This document shows, piece after piece, positions 36,901 to 47,935 of a stretch of DNA of 64,000 nucleotides (positions within the stretch are counted from its first letter, which is position 1; every line of letters starts with the position of its first letter). The DNA is from Thecamonas trahens ATCC 50062. Taxonomy: Eukaryota; Protista; Apusomonadida. Made by a program: the position numbers and the translations under genes. The notes under the pieces were generated by a model. The model saw nothing but the letters and a program-made list of their open reading frames with translations, ran no database searches and was not told where the DNA came from. The stretch lies in NCBI RefSeq assembly GCF_000142905.1, contig NW_013657616.1:124001-188000 (forward strand). The letters are read 5' to 3'.

Positions 36901-37369
36901 GATCGACCTCACCGACTTGGCCACCACGGTCACCATGGTCACCACGGTCACCTTGCCCGACGTGATCGACCTCACCGACTTGGCCACCACGGTCACCATG
37001 GTCACCACGGTCACCTTGCCCGACGTGATCGACCTCACCGACTTGGCCACCACGGTCACCATGGTCACCACGGTCACCTTGCCCGACGTGATCGACCTCA
37101 CCGACTTGGCCACCACGGTCACCATGGTCACCACGGTCACCTTGCCCGACGTGATCGACCTCACCGACTTGGCCACCACGGTCACCATGGTCACCACGGT
37201 CACCTTGCCCGACGTGATCGACCTCACCGACTTGGCCACCACGGTCACCATGGTCACCACGGTCACCTTGCCCGACGTGACCGGGCTCGTCATCTCGCCC
37301 AGCCCTCGCAGCCTCCCGTCTGGTGGCAAAGAACAGACGATGAGGTGGCGGGGGGAGAGTGAACAGCAA
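33998..37369 (-). CDS. TPR-repeat protein with an N-terminal 21-aa tandem repeat; 5' exon structure unresolved
   Basis: About 5 TPR units (AHSRRG..YDHAIADC, HYNLG..., AYCNRA..., LELDP). Confidence 0.75.
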   Translation of the reverse strand: MLFTLPPPPHRLFFATRREAARAGRDDEPGHVGQGDRGDHGDRGGQVGEVDHVGQGDRGDHGDRGGQVGEVDHVGQGDRGDHGDRGGQVGEVDHVGQGDRGDHGDRGGQVGEVDHVGQGDRGDHGDRGGQVGEVDHVGQGDRGDHGDRGGQVGEVDHVGQGDRGDHGDRGGQVGEVDHVGQGDRGDHGDRGGQVGEVDHVGQGDKPGHVGHDDQPDQPDQPNHRSHSTLPSVDNIIEMLKDAAAANRLDELLMQPADELLACIAAPMSPCHCVVIHDKGSNVLAARAWAIKSLAAFYTHRWVDTLNFRLKAGEYNWSEAVPYEALSFEPPSKHVPRLHALLAFFAHTAAGYINSVAATESSPGADAAARPAATAAPEQHVDPATLPSLDGPFDAATWGAAAFDPLVAVYGRDGRTTRPPNAGLTLQVMSPIMFPGKPKIEGHFLYLWGKVYVQLREYAMAIRFFNLVLCFCPRLLMAHSRRGFCHSRSGMYDHAIADCSAGIAVADPRHVYIRSILHYNLGIGFQNVSRREDSLASYDTAIALAPDMVDAYCNRAITAELLHRYAATRADYTTALELDPYDRGVLLWRAEMYRDVGDADRAIADVLHAFSLNSAFVYRDLYAFRAFSMRQPSLLASPLPSLVAELVDAAVKHPVTHVELWNAVLAALRTDSPESSPLPSALVEALLVAAPRALVEARAGAGRALVLKVLKLACAVGVLKLSARLLALLAGAVLLEPLGGLKLNIAGLFVSLLLREPAAEELPYSPKDIASSRTLESTVDRLGVSWLRRLAELDENNGEVPDGASPAAYQLCDCDDANCRAPGIGAVHALLHDWTPSHWRLFRGTYLERWAPVVVATLMEAPGSELTTPHNHCYTCGSSTHRTFMCATCPYCTLHPWRGVDDMTSTSEDGSSSDIPMLWCTDVPIALVTDSVSIDATAVPDILYARHAQLANLFVGAAAPTCWTPFSKRIASWSLVTAVLVTPQAYCSSTALVGLVRNITDELRSRTPRTMLIGVIVLQVLLSRPINRNIRLHRALIRTLVETNFITDLFDPVYTRFNLALENLIAFYESVDHAAAIQGLAPPAVDADIDLVAAFELGLLSITTNLSRCDVSDPALRHSFWAAH
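36758..37280. repeat. Perfect 63-bp tandem repeat, about 8.3 copies, built from seven 9-bp subunits
   Basis: Period 63 (36758, 36821...37262); encodes GQGDRGDHGDRGGQVGEVDHV in the TPR frame. Confidence 0.97.
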
Positions 37370-38108
37370 TGGAGAGCATCTCCCCCCACATCATCCCTCC
37401 ATTCACAGGTAATAAGATGCGTAAACAACATCTCTACACAAGCCATGTGCAATTGATATTCGTGTCTCTATGTACTTTTTCCCCTTGATGCCCTTGAAGG
37501 ACAGGGTTTGGGAACCGAGTGGCGCGCGGCGAGCAGGGGAGGGGTCAGGGGTCAGGGGGGGGGGGGGGGGGCACAGGTCGCAGGGGGCAGGAGGCGGAAG
37601 GCAGGAGGCGGGAGGCAAGACAAGGAGGCGCGCGCGGGGGGGGGGGGAGGGTACCGTTGGTATAACACTCCCTCCTGCAATCTCCTCCTTCCTCTCCCTA
37701 TGCTGAGTGTGAGGTGTGGCTGTCGGCTGTCGGCTGGTGTTCCTGTCTCGATTCGGGCAAGTCGTGTTGTTCTTTGCTGTCCCGGCTCTCATTCACTTAC
37801 TTGGTCGGCCGGGATTCGCTGAGGACCTACATGAAGCAACATGAAGCACCATGAAGCAGCCATCAAGTACCATGAAGCATCATGAAACACCGTGGACACC
37901 GTGGAGGGATCAAACTGGATGAGTTTGTGCTGAATGGTGTCATCAGAGTAGATGTCCATGGTGATTGGTACTGGAAGTCGAGGGGGTATGCTATGCTGGG
38001 AACAACGAACGAGAGCAGCTGAGAGGGCGAGCAAGGAGAGGTGCACACAAGGAGCGAAAACAGGTGGTGTATTAGCTACTACCCAAAACAGCCATGGCAA
38101 GAGCGGGC

Positions 38109-39137
38109 TTAGTTGGCGACGCACAGGCGCTGGATCTCGGCCGACGGATGGAAGATGTTGGGGTCCTGCGGGGCGGCGTCAAACTCAAAGAACCGGTACT
38201 CGATGGTCTCCGACGGGCCAGTGCGACGGTCATGGACTTGGAGGTACACCGGATCACCAGTGTGTGCGTTCTCAGCGTACGTCACCGAGTTGTGGTCGTG
38301 ATGATCGGCGGCATGCCAGATGTACACCGTCTGGAAGTCGATGTCACCCTCGCCGACAAACTCAAAGTGCTCAAAGTTGGGGATGGGCATAGTCCCGTTG
38401 TGCATCTTCTGCGACTCGCAGAAGACCGAGTTCATGCCGTAGAAGACCTGATCCGCCTTCTCGCGCTTAAAGTCCGCGTACTCGGAAAAGCCGTACGTCT
38501 CACCATGATGCTCCACAGCACCGTCGACACGCGCAACCTGATGCGTCTGCGAGACAAACCAGCGGAAGAACTGCGGCCGCCTGCGCTTCTCGTTGTGCGC
38601 CATGATCGTCGCCGAGTAGTCCTGGCCACTGTCTCGCCGACCGTCATCCCACCTGTAAGTGCCGCATCATGTGACTCTCCCTCTCAGCACCCTCATACAC
38701 GGCTGCACACCATCCGTGCGTGGCATACATATATATATGAATATATATGTGGCTAATACGGAGGCTAGCTGGTCGGAGGCTTGCTGGTTGGCAGGCTGCC
38801 TGGCGGCAAGCGGCGTTTTTCGCCCCCAACCCCCGCCACTTCCAAGGCTATGGAACACGAAGCTGGCCACGGCTGAACTCGCTACTAAGGAGGGACATAG
38901 CATGCGGTATCCTCCAAACCTATACAGAGTTTGAACGTCATGGCGTGGTTTAACCGCACATGTCCGCAGGGTATGTGACGGGTGCGGAAGGAGGAAAACC
39001 TGGCACGCGTGCCGCCGCCAAGTCGCACCGCCACGCACAGCGCAAAACACCAAACGTACCACAGGCTTGGGAGGAGAGGCGGCCAAGGCCAGAGCCACAA
39101 GAGCCAGCATGACAATAATCGCCACCGTGAGCTTCAT
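38109..39137 (-). CDS. Secreted/lysosomal ependymin-related (LolA-fold-like) protein, spliced
   Basis: Signal-peptide exon MKLTVAIIVML...PKPV ending at a GTACGT donor (39059); main exon has FEFVG, VYIW and C-terminal F..FD..PQDPNIF.P...C; internal splicing unresolved. Confidence 0.55.
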
Positions 39138-40107
39138 GACAAACAGAACAACAGTCAAGTGTGCTGCTTGCCCTTTGGCTCAGCTCAGGCGCGCGCTGAC
39201 TGGTCAGGTTTCGGGCGAACCATCCGCCGCAGCTGGCGGCTCTGTCTACCAGCCGTCACCCAACAAACAATTATTTCACGTTGGAATTAATGGTTCACGC
39301 CAAGACGCGTAATGGCAAGCATATGCGACACCCAAGTGCTGTCAACCCAGCCCCCCCCCCCCCCCCCCCCCCTCCGTTCACGGGCTACATAAGGCGACCA
39401 CACCGCTCTCGCATCACAATAGTCTCAAGGCGCAACGCACATGTTGCGGCACATGGGTATGTTCTCAGGAGAAAGGGGGATAAGGGGAGGGGGAAGGGTG
39501 AAGGGGCTGGAGGGAAAGGGGGTGGGTGGTGATCGTCNNNNNNNNNNNNNNNNNNNNNNNNNNNNNNNNNNNNNNNNNNNNNNNNNNNNNNNNNNNNNNN
39601 NNNNNNNNNNNNNNNNNNNNNNNNNNNNNNNNNNNNNNNNNNNNNNNNNNNNNNNNNNNNNNNNNNNNNNNNNNNNNNNNNNNNNNNNNNNNNNNNNNNN
39701 NNNNNNNNNNNNNNNNNNNNNNNNNNNNNNNNNNNNNNNNNNNNNNNNNNNNNNNNNNNNNNNNNNNNNNNNNNNNNNNNNNNNNNNNNNNNNNNNNNNN
39801 NNNNNNNNNNNNNNNNNNNNNNNNNNNNNNNNNNNNNNNNNNNNNNNNNNNNNNNNNNNNNNNNNNNNNNNNNNNNNNNNNNNNNNNNNNNNNNNNNNNN
39901 NNNNNNNNNNNNNNNNNNNNNNNNNNNNNNNNNNNNNNNNNNNNNNNNNNNNNNNNNNNNNNNNNNNNNNNNNNNNNNNNNNNNNNNNNNNNNNNNNNNN
40001 NNNNNNNNNNNNNNNNNNNNNNNNNNNNNNNNNNNNNNNNNNNNNNNNNNNNNNNNNNNNNNNNNNNNNNNNNNNNNNNNNNNNNNNNNNNNNNNNNNNN
40101 NNNNNNN

Positions 40108-43100
40108 GGGGTGGCGGGCAGGCGGACGAGAAGTGTGCAACTAACGTCGCCTCGGATTTTGCGGGTGTTCGGCTGCACGCAAAATGCGTTTTGCGACCAT
40201 TTTGTGTGTTGGGATCTCGCTCCGCCTCGGATACAGCTTTGCAGAGCGTTGTAGCGTTGGCTGTCGTTGTCTTGACACTTGGCTGGTGCATGGTTGGAGT
40301 GTCGGCAAGTGGCTTGTTTTGCTTGTCGGAGACAACGGTGACAGCAACCCCGTTTACATCTGTGGCTCGAGATGACGATGGTTACTCGGCCCTGCTGGCG
40401 GCCGACTTTTTCGGATCGGGCTACAAGTCGATGGTCTATGCCGCCAACGGTGAGATCCGTTGGGTGCCGAACACCGGGAGTGGGCCAGACGACTTTGGCT
40501 CGTCGTTTCCCGTCATGACGCTTCCAGTGGAGACCAACTTTGAGAACCGGGTGAAGCTCATGTTTGCGGTCGATGTGGATCTTGACGGGGACCTCGACAT
40601 AGTGGTTGTGCATGAGGCGATTGGCGTACGGTGGGCAAACAACACAGTCATAGACACCAGCGGTGTCTTCTCACCGGCGGGCACCATCCATTCGTTGTTC
40701 TCGGAGGATAGTCCTGTGGCGCAGATGGCCGATGCCAACAACGACGGCCGGCCCGATATGCTCCTCTCTTACGGCTCGATAATCAAGGTTCTCACTCATC
40801 CGGGTGCCGAGCTCGTCAACGAGCTTGGGATACTCTGGCCGGAGACTGTGCTGACACCTGTGGCGAGCGCGCGGACTGCAGCGCTCGTCGATTGGGACAA
40901 GGATGGCGTACTTGACGTGTTGTACGCTGCGGATGGCCATGGCATCCGCTGGTTCCGGGCCACCAGCCCGGGCGTGTACGTCGGTTCCTCGACGAGCCTG
41001 TTGACTGTTGTCCAGCAAGTCGCTGTCAGTCATGTGGCGGACATCAATGCTGACGGGAGTGATGACCTTCTGTATGCGACCACGGGCTCGATTCTGAGCC
41101 TGACAAGCGGAGGGCCGGCGTCGGCATCACAACTGGCCTCTGTTTTCTATGTGTATCAGATGGAGACTGGGTCTGTTTCGGGCGATGGTGATCTGGTTGA
41201 CATCATTGTGTCGACGACCACGAGCGTGGGCTTTGTGCCTGCGCTTGCGCCAGGTGTTTATGGCACGTTTGTAGAAATCGGCCGACCGGCTTCGAGTGGG
41301 GGCCCAATTGTGTTCGCAGCGTACGCGTTTGACTTTGTGACTGGGCCGGGGATTTCGTTTGTAGCAGCGACGATGGCCAACTCGACCGACAACTTGGCGA
41401 TGTACCTGCGCGAGGACTCGGGGTCGTTCACGGTGCCCGTAGTGCGCGACTCGACGCCACGGGCGTGCTTGACTGTGGTGGTGGCCGACTTTGATGGCGA
41501 TCTTTCGGCCGACATTGCGCTCGGATGCACCGACGGTTTCGTGCTGTGGTATCCAAACACCGACATGAGCGGGCAGTTTTATGCGAGGCAAGTTGTGACA
41601 TCATCATTGGTGACGGCGGCCATAGCAGCGACCGACATCGACCACGACGGCGACCGCGACCTTGTCCTGCTCTCATTCGACAGCCTCTATGTCTCGATCA
41701 ACAGCAACGGAGCCGGCATGTTTTTGGCACCGTCAGCAGCGTTCAACGATGTTGGAATGGGGGTGCACATGGAAATGGAAGATGTGAACGGCGATGGCGC
41801 GATCGACGCTGTGGTCTTGGACGGATCCTCTGACAAAATCTATATCTACTGGGGCACGACAGCGGCGCCGTACTTTACGGCCCGGACCGAAGTGCCGCTA
41901 CCGGCGTCGTCGGTGAGCATGTTTGGCCTCGGCGACATGAGCGGTGACGGGCGGGTTGATCTTGCGTTCTCGCACGTCAATGGCCTGACGTATCTCCCAG
42001 GTGTGGCGACGTCGCCGTACTTTTCTACGGGCAGTGCAGTTGCGATCCTCTCGACGGTCGGGTACTTGGGCAACCAGCTCGTGATTGCCGATTTCGACGG
42101 CGATGGATACGGCGACCTGGCTGTGGCAGCGCGGAACTATAGGGCGCGTGTGTTTACCAATCCCGGCGCGACACCGTCACCGGCGCCGTGGGGTGGACCC
42201 AATCTTTCAACCGGCACCGACTCGAGCTCGGTGGCGGTGGCTGATTTTGACGGCGACGGCGACCTTGATGCGATCACAATCATCGATGAGACGGAGACGG
42301 CCATCGATTGGGCGCGTACAAGCCTCGGCGGCAGCATTTCGATAACCAACATCAACTCCGGCCCATCTCCGGCGCCTGCGGGCGCTTTCGTGTTGCGGTT
42401 GGCGACTTTGACGGCGACCTCGACATGGACGCAGTGGTGCTGTATAGTGTGGCGAGTCAACTAGGCACGTTTGGCACCGCCACTCACCTGCGCCGCAACG
42501 GGTACACGCTTGGCGTTCCTAAGCGGCGGAACCTTGATCTGAGCAAGAGCGAGTGCAAAGTGCAGGGCAACACGTCGCTGGCCTGCGTGGAGGCGTCACT
42601 GGCGGGCTTGGCACGGTGCACGACAGACACGCTCCTCCTCCCAGCCGGGCGCTACACCGGGTGCCGGCGCGACCGTGGGCTCAAGATCACGCGGCCGATT
42701 CGGATCGAGCCTGCTGAAAGTGCGCCTGCGCGAGTGGTTCTCGACTGCGAGGACTCGGGCGTGCTGTACAGCATGGAAGTGCTCGAGACGGACTCGTTTG
42801 CCGTAGGCCAGCTCGACTTGGCGCGAGTCGACGTGCGGCGGACCAGGAGTGCGACGCATTCATTGGTGGGTGGCCAAGGGCTACGTGCCTCGGGGGCAAA
42901 TACTCGCATTCTGCTTCATGACTCGTCGATCTCAGGCTCACAAGCGGCGGCGATGACGACGATGACGGCTGATGAGGGGCGCGGTGGCTGCGTGGCCATT
43001 TCCAGCGGCGGGCGGCTCGAGGCCAGCGGTTCGACAATTGGACCGTGCACGGCAATTGACTACGGTGGCGGGGTCTTTGTCCGCGATCCGACGAGCTCGG

Positions 43101-46027
43101 TGGTGCTTGATGGCTGCCAGCTGGTGGGCTCTAGCGCCGGGCGAAGTGGTGGCGGAGTGTACGCGAGCGCCGGAGCTGCGGTAACTCTCATCTCGACCAA
43201 CGTGACGAACAACCATGCCATGGCGGGCTCTGGCGGCGGGATGTATGTCGACGCGGCATCGTCTCTGCAGACGACAGACTCATGGGTCGAGGGCAACGAG
43301 GCTTCGGCCGGCGGCGGTGGGATTTTCATTGAGCTGCCGAGCAGCGACGAAGATAGTGCTGGCGTCTCGAGAGTGGCATCGAGTGTGGTTGGCAGCAACA
43401 CGGCGCGTTTTGGCGGCGGAATGGCTCTGTTCTCGCGCAGCGGCGCAGAGGCGGCAGCGCTCGCGCCGGCGTCTTGGGCGTACCCTGTGCCGGGCGCCGG
43501 AGTGGTGGGCAACGTGACGCTGGAGAGCGTGGCGTTTGTGGGCAACTCTGCGCGGCATTATGGCGGAGGCATGGCGAGCTGCCACCACAGTTCAGCGGTG
43601 CAAGTTGTGAAGAGCGGGAGCTGGAGCGGCAACCTGGCGTCGAGCTCGCGGGCGGCGCCTGCGCAGGATCTGTTTGTGTGCAACAAGTCTGTGGTGGAGA
43701 TGCTGCCGAGCGGGTTGGGAGCTGGGATCTCGTGGCACGGGCCGCTGCAGCGGCTGGAGTGGGTGGAGAGAGCATCGACGGAGTTTGCGTCGGGTCTCCG
43801 GCCAAGCGCAAAGATCCGTGGGCTGGGCACGCTCAATCATGTCCATGCGGACGGATTGGTGCGAATTGAGGTGAGCTACACGGCGGCGACGGATGCGATT
43901 CGGACAAACGCTGTGGTGCAGACGACGTTGGCTGCTGCAGATGTGGACTTGCCGCAGACGGTTGTGGCTGTGGTGACGCCTGCGCTGGATTCGGTGCCGC
44001 TTCCTGTTGGGCTCTCTGTGGGCGTGGCGTCATCGGCCAACGTTGCGCAGCTGAGAGCGACGTCTGTAGTGACGGCCTGTCCTGCCGAGTTTGGTGCAGT
44101 GGACGCAGTTGTGGGCGGCGAGGCGAGCAAGGTTTGCATTCGGTGCGCGGATGGCACGTTTTCGACGGAGTTGTCGTTTGCGGCGTGCAAGCCTGTGAAG
44201 CCGTGTCCCGACACAGCAGTGGATGTGGCACCGAGCGGGACGACTGCGGTGGAGTGCGTGTGCCGGGCCGGGTTCATGTACGCCGGGCGGTCGGTTGTGG
44301 ATCCGCTTGTGGACGACATTGTGTGTGTGCCGTGTCCTGCGGGCGGTAAGTGCTTGGGCGGCAACGGGCGACCCGAACCGCTGCCCGAGTTTTTCGCTAC
44401 GGGCAACGCGTCGTTTGTGCGATGCAAGCGGCCGTCCGCGTGTCCCGGCGGGGTTGCGCGGGCGTGTGCGGTCGGACATGACGGGTACATGTGCAACGTG
44501 TGCAAGAAGGGGTACTACTCGAACTCTGCGCGCGAGTGTGTGGCGTGTCCGTCGGGCGCGTCGGGCATTCTCTCGGGCGGGCTGGTGGTCCTGCTTGCGG
44601 CGGTTGCGGCAGTGGCGGTCGGTGTTGGACTCTCTGTGGCCAAGTCGCGGGAGATGGTTGGAGGCGGGGCGGCGATGGGCGGGGCGGGCGGCGACATCGA
44701 GGGCGGAGGAGGCGAGGTCGAAGCCAAAGAGGCGTCCGAGACAGAGAAGGCCAAGGCTGCGCTTCCGCGGACGGAGCGACTGCGTATGCGGAGCGTGCCG
44801 CCGTCGATCTCGATGGTCCTGGTTGTGTTCCAGGTCATCGGGCTGCTTGCGGACGTGCCGTTTGCGTGGTCGTCGTCTGCCGAGTCAACGATGGGGACGT
44901 TCAACGTGGCCAACATCGACGTCAACTTGTTTGCGTCCGAGTGTGCGCTGGAGAACTTCCAGACCAAGTACGTGGTGAGTGTACTGTTGCCGCTCGGGCT
45001 GATGTGTGTGGCGTGCGGCGGCGTGATCCTGCTGCGTGGGCTGGTGAAGGGCGGGTGGATGCCTGGCGGGTTTGCAGCGCTGGGCGAGGCAAGCATCAAG
45101 ACGGTGCTTGACGCGGCGGTGTTTGCGGTTGCACCTCTGCTGTACATTCCGCTTGCGCGGGCGACGTTTGTGCTCTTTGACTGCACGCGCTTGCCGAATG
45201 GGACGATTGTGCTCGATGTCGATCCAGGCGTGGAGTGCTTTGACAGCACGTGGTGGGGCGTGGCGCCCGTGGGCTTCTTGGGCCTCGGGTTGTTTGTGAT
45301 GGGCGTACCGGGCTACTTTCTGGTGTGCCTGATGTCGCACGCGGACGATTTGCTTAATCCGAGCACGTTTGCGCGGTACGGCGGGCTGTACAAGCTCTAC
45401 CGTGTCTCGCACTATTGGGGTGGGGTGGTTGATCTCGGCAAGCGTCTTGTCGTGGTGGCTGTGGCTACGTTTGCCTCTGAGCACCAGCTGGTGCTCATCG
45501 GCGTGCTCATGGCGGTGTTTTTGGCCTCGATGCTCTGGGTCTCGTCGGCGGCGCCGTTCTACTTTCCGCTGTACAACAAGCTCGACATGCGGCTGACGCT
45601 CGTTCTGGTGGCGATCCTCGTGCTCGGCGGAGCGTCGTACGCGGAGCGGCACACGGGGAGCTCGCAGTCAGACCAGGTCATTCTCGGCGTGCTGGTGGCG
45701 ACGCTCGTGGTACTCGCGGTGGTGGCGGTCCATGCAGTGGCAACAGACCTGATGCAGATCCGCAAGGCGCGCAAGGCGCGGTACTCGGCGTTTGGCGAGC
45801 GGCAGCAGCGGATGGTAGCACAGCTGAAGCGGGAGGCACTCGAAGCCACCGGCGAGGAGAGCGTGGCGATCGACGCGGCGCTCACAGCGCTCCGGCAACG
45901 GCAGCATGCCGGATGGAGCCCATCCGCATCGCGGATCGAGCCTGCATTCAAGCCAGCGGTCGTGTTGGATGGCGACGCGGCAGCATCGGGCTCGAGCCCA
46001 TCGCCGGTGAGAGCATGGGCATGCTGA
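40108..46027 (+). CDS. Second FG-GAP/beta-helix/Cys-rich/multipass receptor paralog (start in or near the gap; frameshift ~42363)
   Basis: Same architecture as 16694-22430; shared motifs FNV.N.D.NLFASEC, PLLYIP, FDC.RLPNG..VLD.DPGV.CFD..WWGV, YFPLYN.LDMRL. Confidence 0.85.
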
Positions 46028-46238
46028 ATGGGTCCGACTCGGCTACGTCGAGTCACTCGACGAGCTCGAGTTAAGTGAACGAAAGATCGATAGTCGATGA
46101 ATTATGGTGGGTAGCGATGGGGCGGAGGGGAGGGCGCGGGAGGGGGGAGAGGGGGGGCAGCGGGCGGCCGTCGTTCGTTGGCTGGCAACGGTCACGCCAC
46201 GCCAGTCAGCCATACTCGTCTTCACCGGCCAACCGACA

Positions 46239-47691
46239 ATGATGCGGCGGTCAAAGCTGAAGGTGCAGAGCATGGTGACGACACAGGCAGAGTGGGAGGA
46301 GGCCTTGACCTTTGATGGTCTTCTTGGTATGTGACTCGAGAAGGACCGCAGGCGTGCACTTGGGAGAGGCAACCGGTTGGCCGCGCGTGGTCGTGGTCGT
46401 GGTTGGTCGACAGGGCGGGCGGGGGCGGGCGTGGGTGACTCGGACGAGTGAGCGGGCGGAATGGTGGGTGAGCGAGCGGTGGATTCGTGGAGCGGCGCGA
46501 CGAAATTTTTGTAATTTTAGTGGCTGGCGGCGTGGCTCGGCGAATGGCGGAGCGCACCAGAAAAGAAAAAGAAGAGGTACTGGGACACAGGGTAGACTCA
46601 TGGAGCAAGAGTGTGTTTTGATGGAAGTGGTGGATGTTGCTGGATGGGCTGGACCGTGCGGGGCGCTGGAGCGGACGTATCGCAAGCTGTTTGTGGATCT
46701 GGGTAATGAGGGTGTGCGGTTTGTGACGGCGATGGCGAGCGGCATTGAGGAGCTTGCCGAGTTTGAGTCGCAGTCGCAGCCGACGGTGCTGATGTTCAAG
46801 CGCGGGCGGCAGTTTGCGACGATCCGTGGAGCACGGGCGGCCGAGGTGGAGGAGACGGTCGAGGTGTACCAGCCCAAGGAAGGCGATGCCGATGTGGAGC
46901 CCGAGTACGGTGCGCCGCACCTCTCGCTGCGGCAGCAGGCCGAGGCCAAGCAGCTTGCTGAGGCTGCCAAGAACGCACCGGTGGTGGTGGTGGCGGACGA
47001 AGACGAGGAGGAAGCCAAGGCACATGCAGCAGCGACCAAGATCCAGGCCGTCTTCCGCGGGCACAAGGTCCGGACTGGGGCGGAGCCGCTGGACGGCGAC
47101 GCGTTGGTGGGATCGGCGGCAGGAGCAGCGGTCGTGCCGGGCACTGATAGCGCGGACGCGGGTGGCGAGGACGAGGCTGAGGGTGAGGCCGCGGCGGTGG
47201 GAGCAGATGCAGGCGCAGCAGGCGGCGAGAACGCGGAGCCCAACGCCGAGGCCGGCGAGGCGAGCGAGGCGAACGGGCTGAGCGCGAGTGAGGCGCGGGC
47301 CTTCCTCAGCAGCGCCAAGCCGATGCTCGGGCTTGTGGCCAACGACAAGACCAAGCAGGTGCTGGTGACGGACGTCAAGGCGGGGTCGCCAGCCGAGGCG
47401 GCCGGGATTGTGGTGGGCGACATCATCGAGGGAGTGGGCGGCAAGGCGGTGAAGTCGATGAAGGCGCTCTCGGCTTCGTTCCGGTTTGTCTTCCCCGGCG
47501 CCGTGACCAAGTTCCGCATTCTCCGCAAGTCCGAGGCAGGGCGGACGCACGTGGTGACCAAGGGCAAGCGACTGGCCATGCCTGTTGTCATCGGGGCCAA
47601 GGGGCTGAAGATGCCTGAGCTGGACGAGTATGTCGCCGCAGCCGGGAGCGAGTGGGTGCGGGAGCAGGCTGCCATCCGTGCGCGTGGGTAA
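46239..47691 (+). CDS. NME8/9-type thioredoxin-like domain + IQ motif + PDZ domain; probable intron 46327-46627
   Basis: Q..VTTQAEWEE...GLL|VVDVAGWAGPC...F..A.A..I..L...PTVLMF..G....IRGA; AATKIQAVFRGHKVR; LGL...VLVTDVKAGSPAEAAGIVVGDII. Confidence 0.75.
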
Positions 47692-47935
47692 ACTTGACTT
47701 TGACGTGGCTGTGGCTGTGGCTGTGGCTGTGTGTGGGGGGTGTTGGGGTGCAGGGGATAAAATTTGTAGCTGTGATGGGGGACCACCCCCCATCTACACA
47801 TGTCGTTGCAGGTCACGGGGGGGGGGGAGGGAGGAGGTGGCCGATCGTGGGAGGAGGGGGGGAGGGGAGAGGGGGGGGGGGCAGCAGGGGCAAGGCGGAC
47901 GCGGGAAGACAGACTTGTCGGCGAGCCGAGTGAGT

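Noticed and set aside
36692-37456. Plus-strand Thr/Val-rich repeat protein
   Set aside because: The frame is open only because the 63-bp unit lacks stops; no flanking domain
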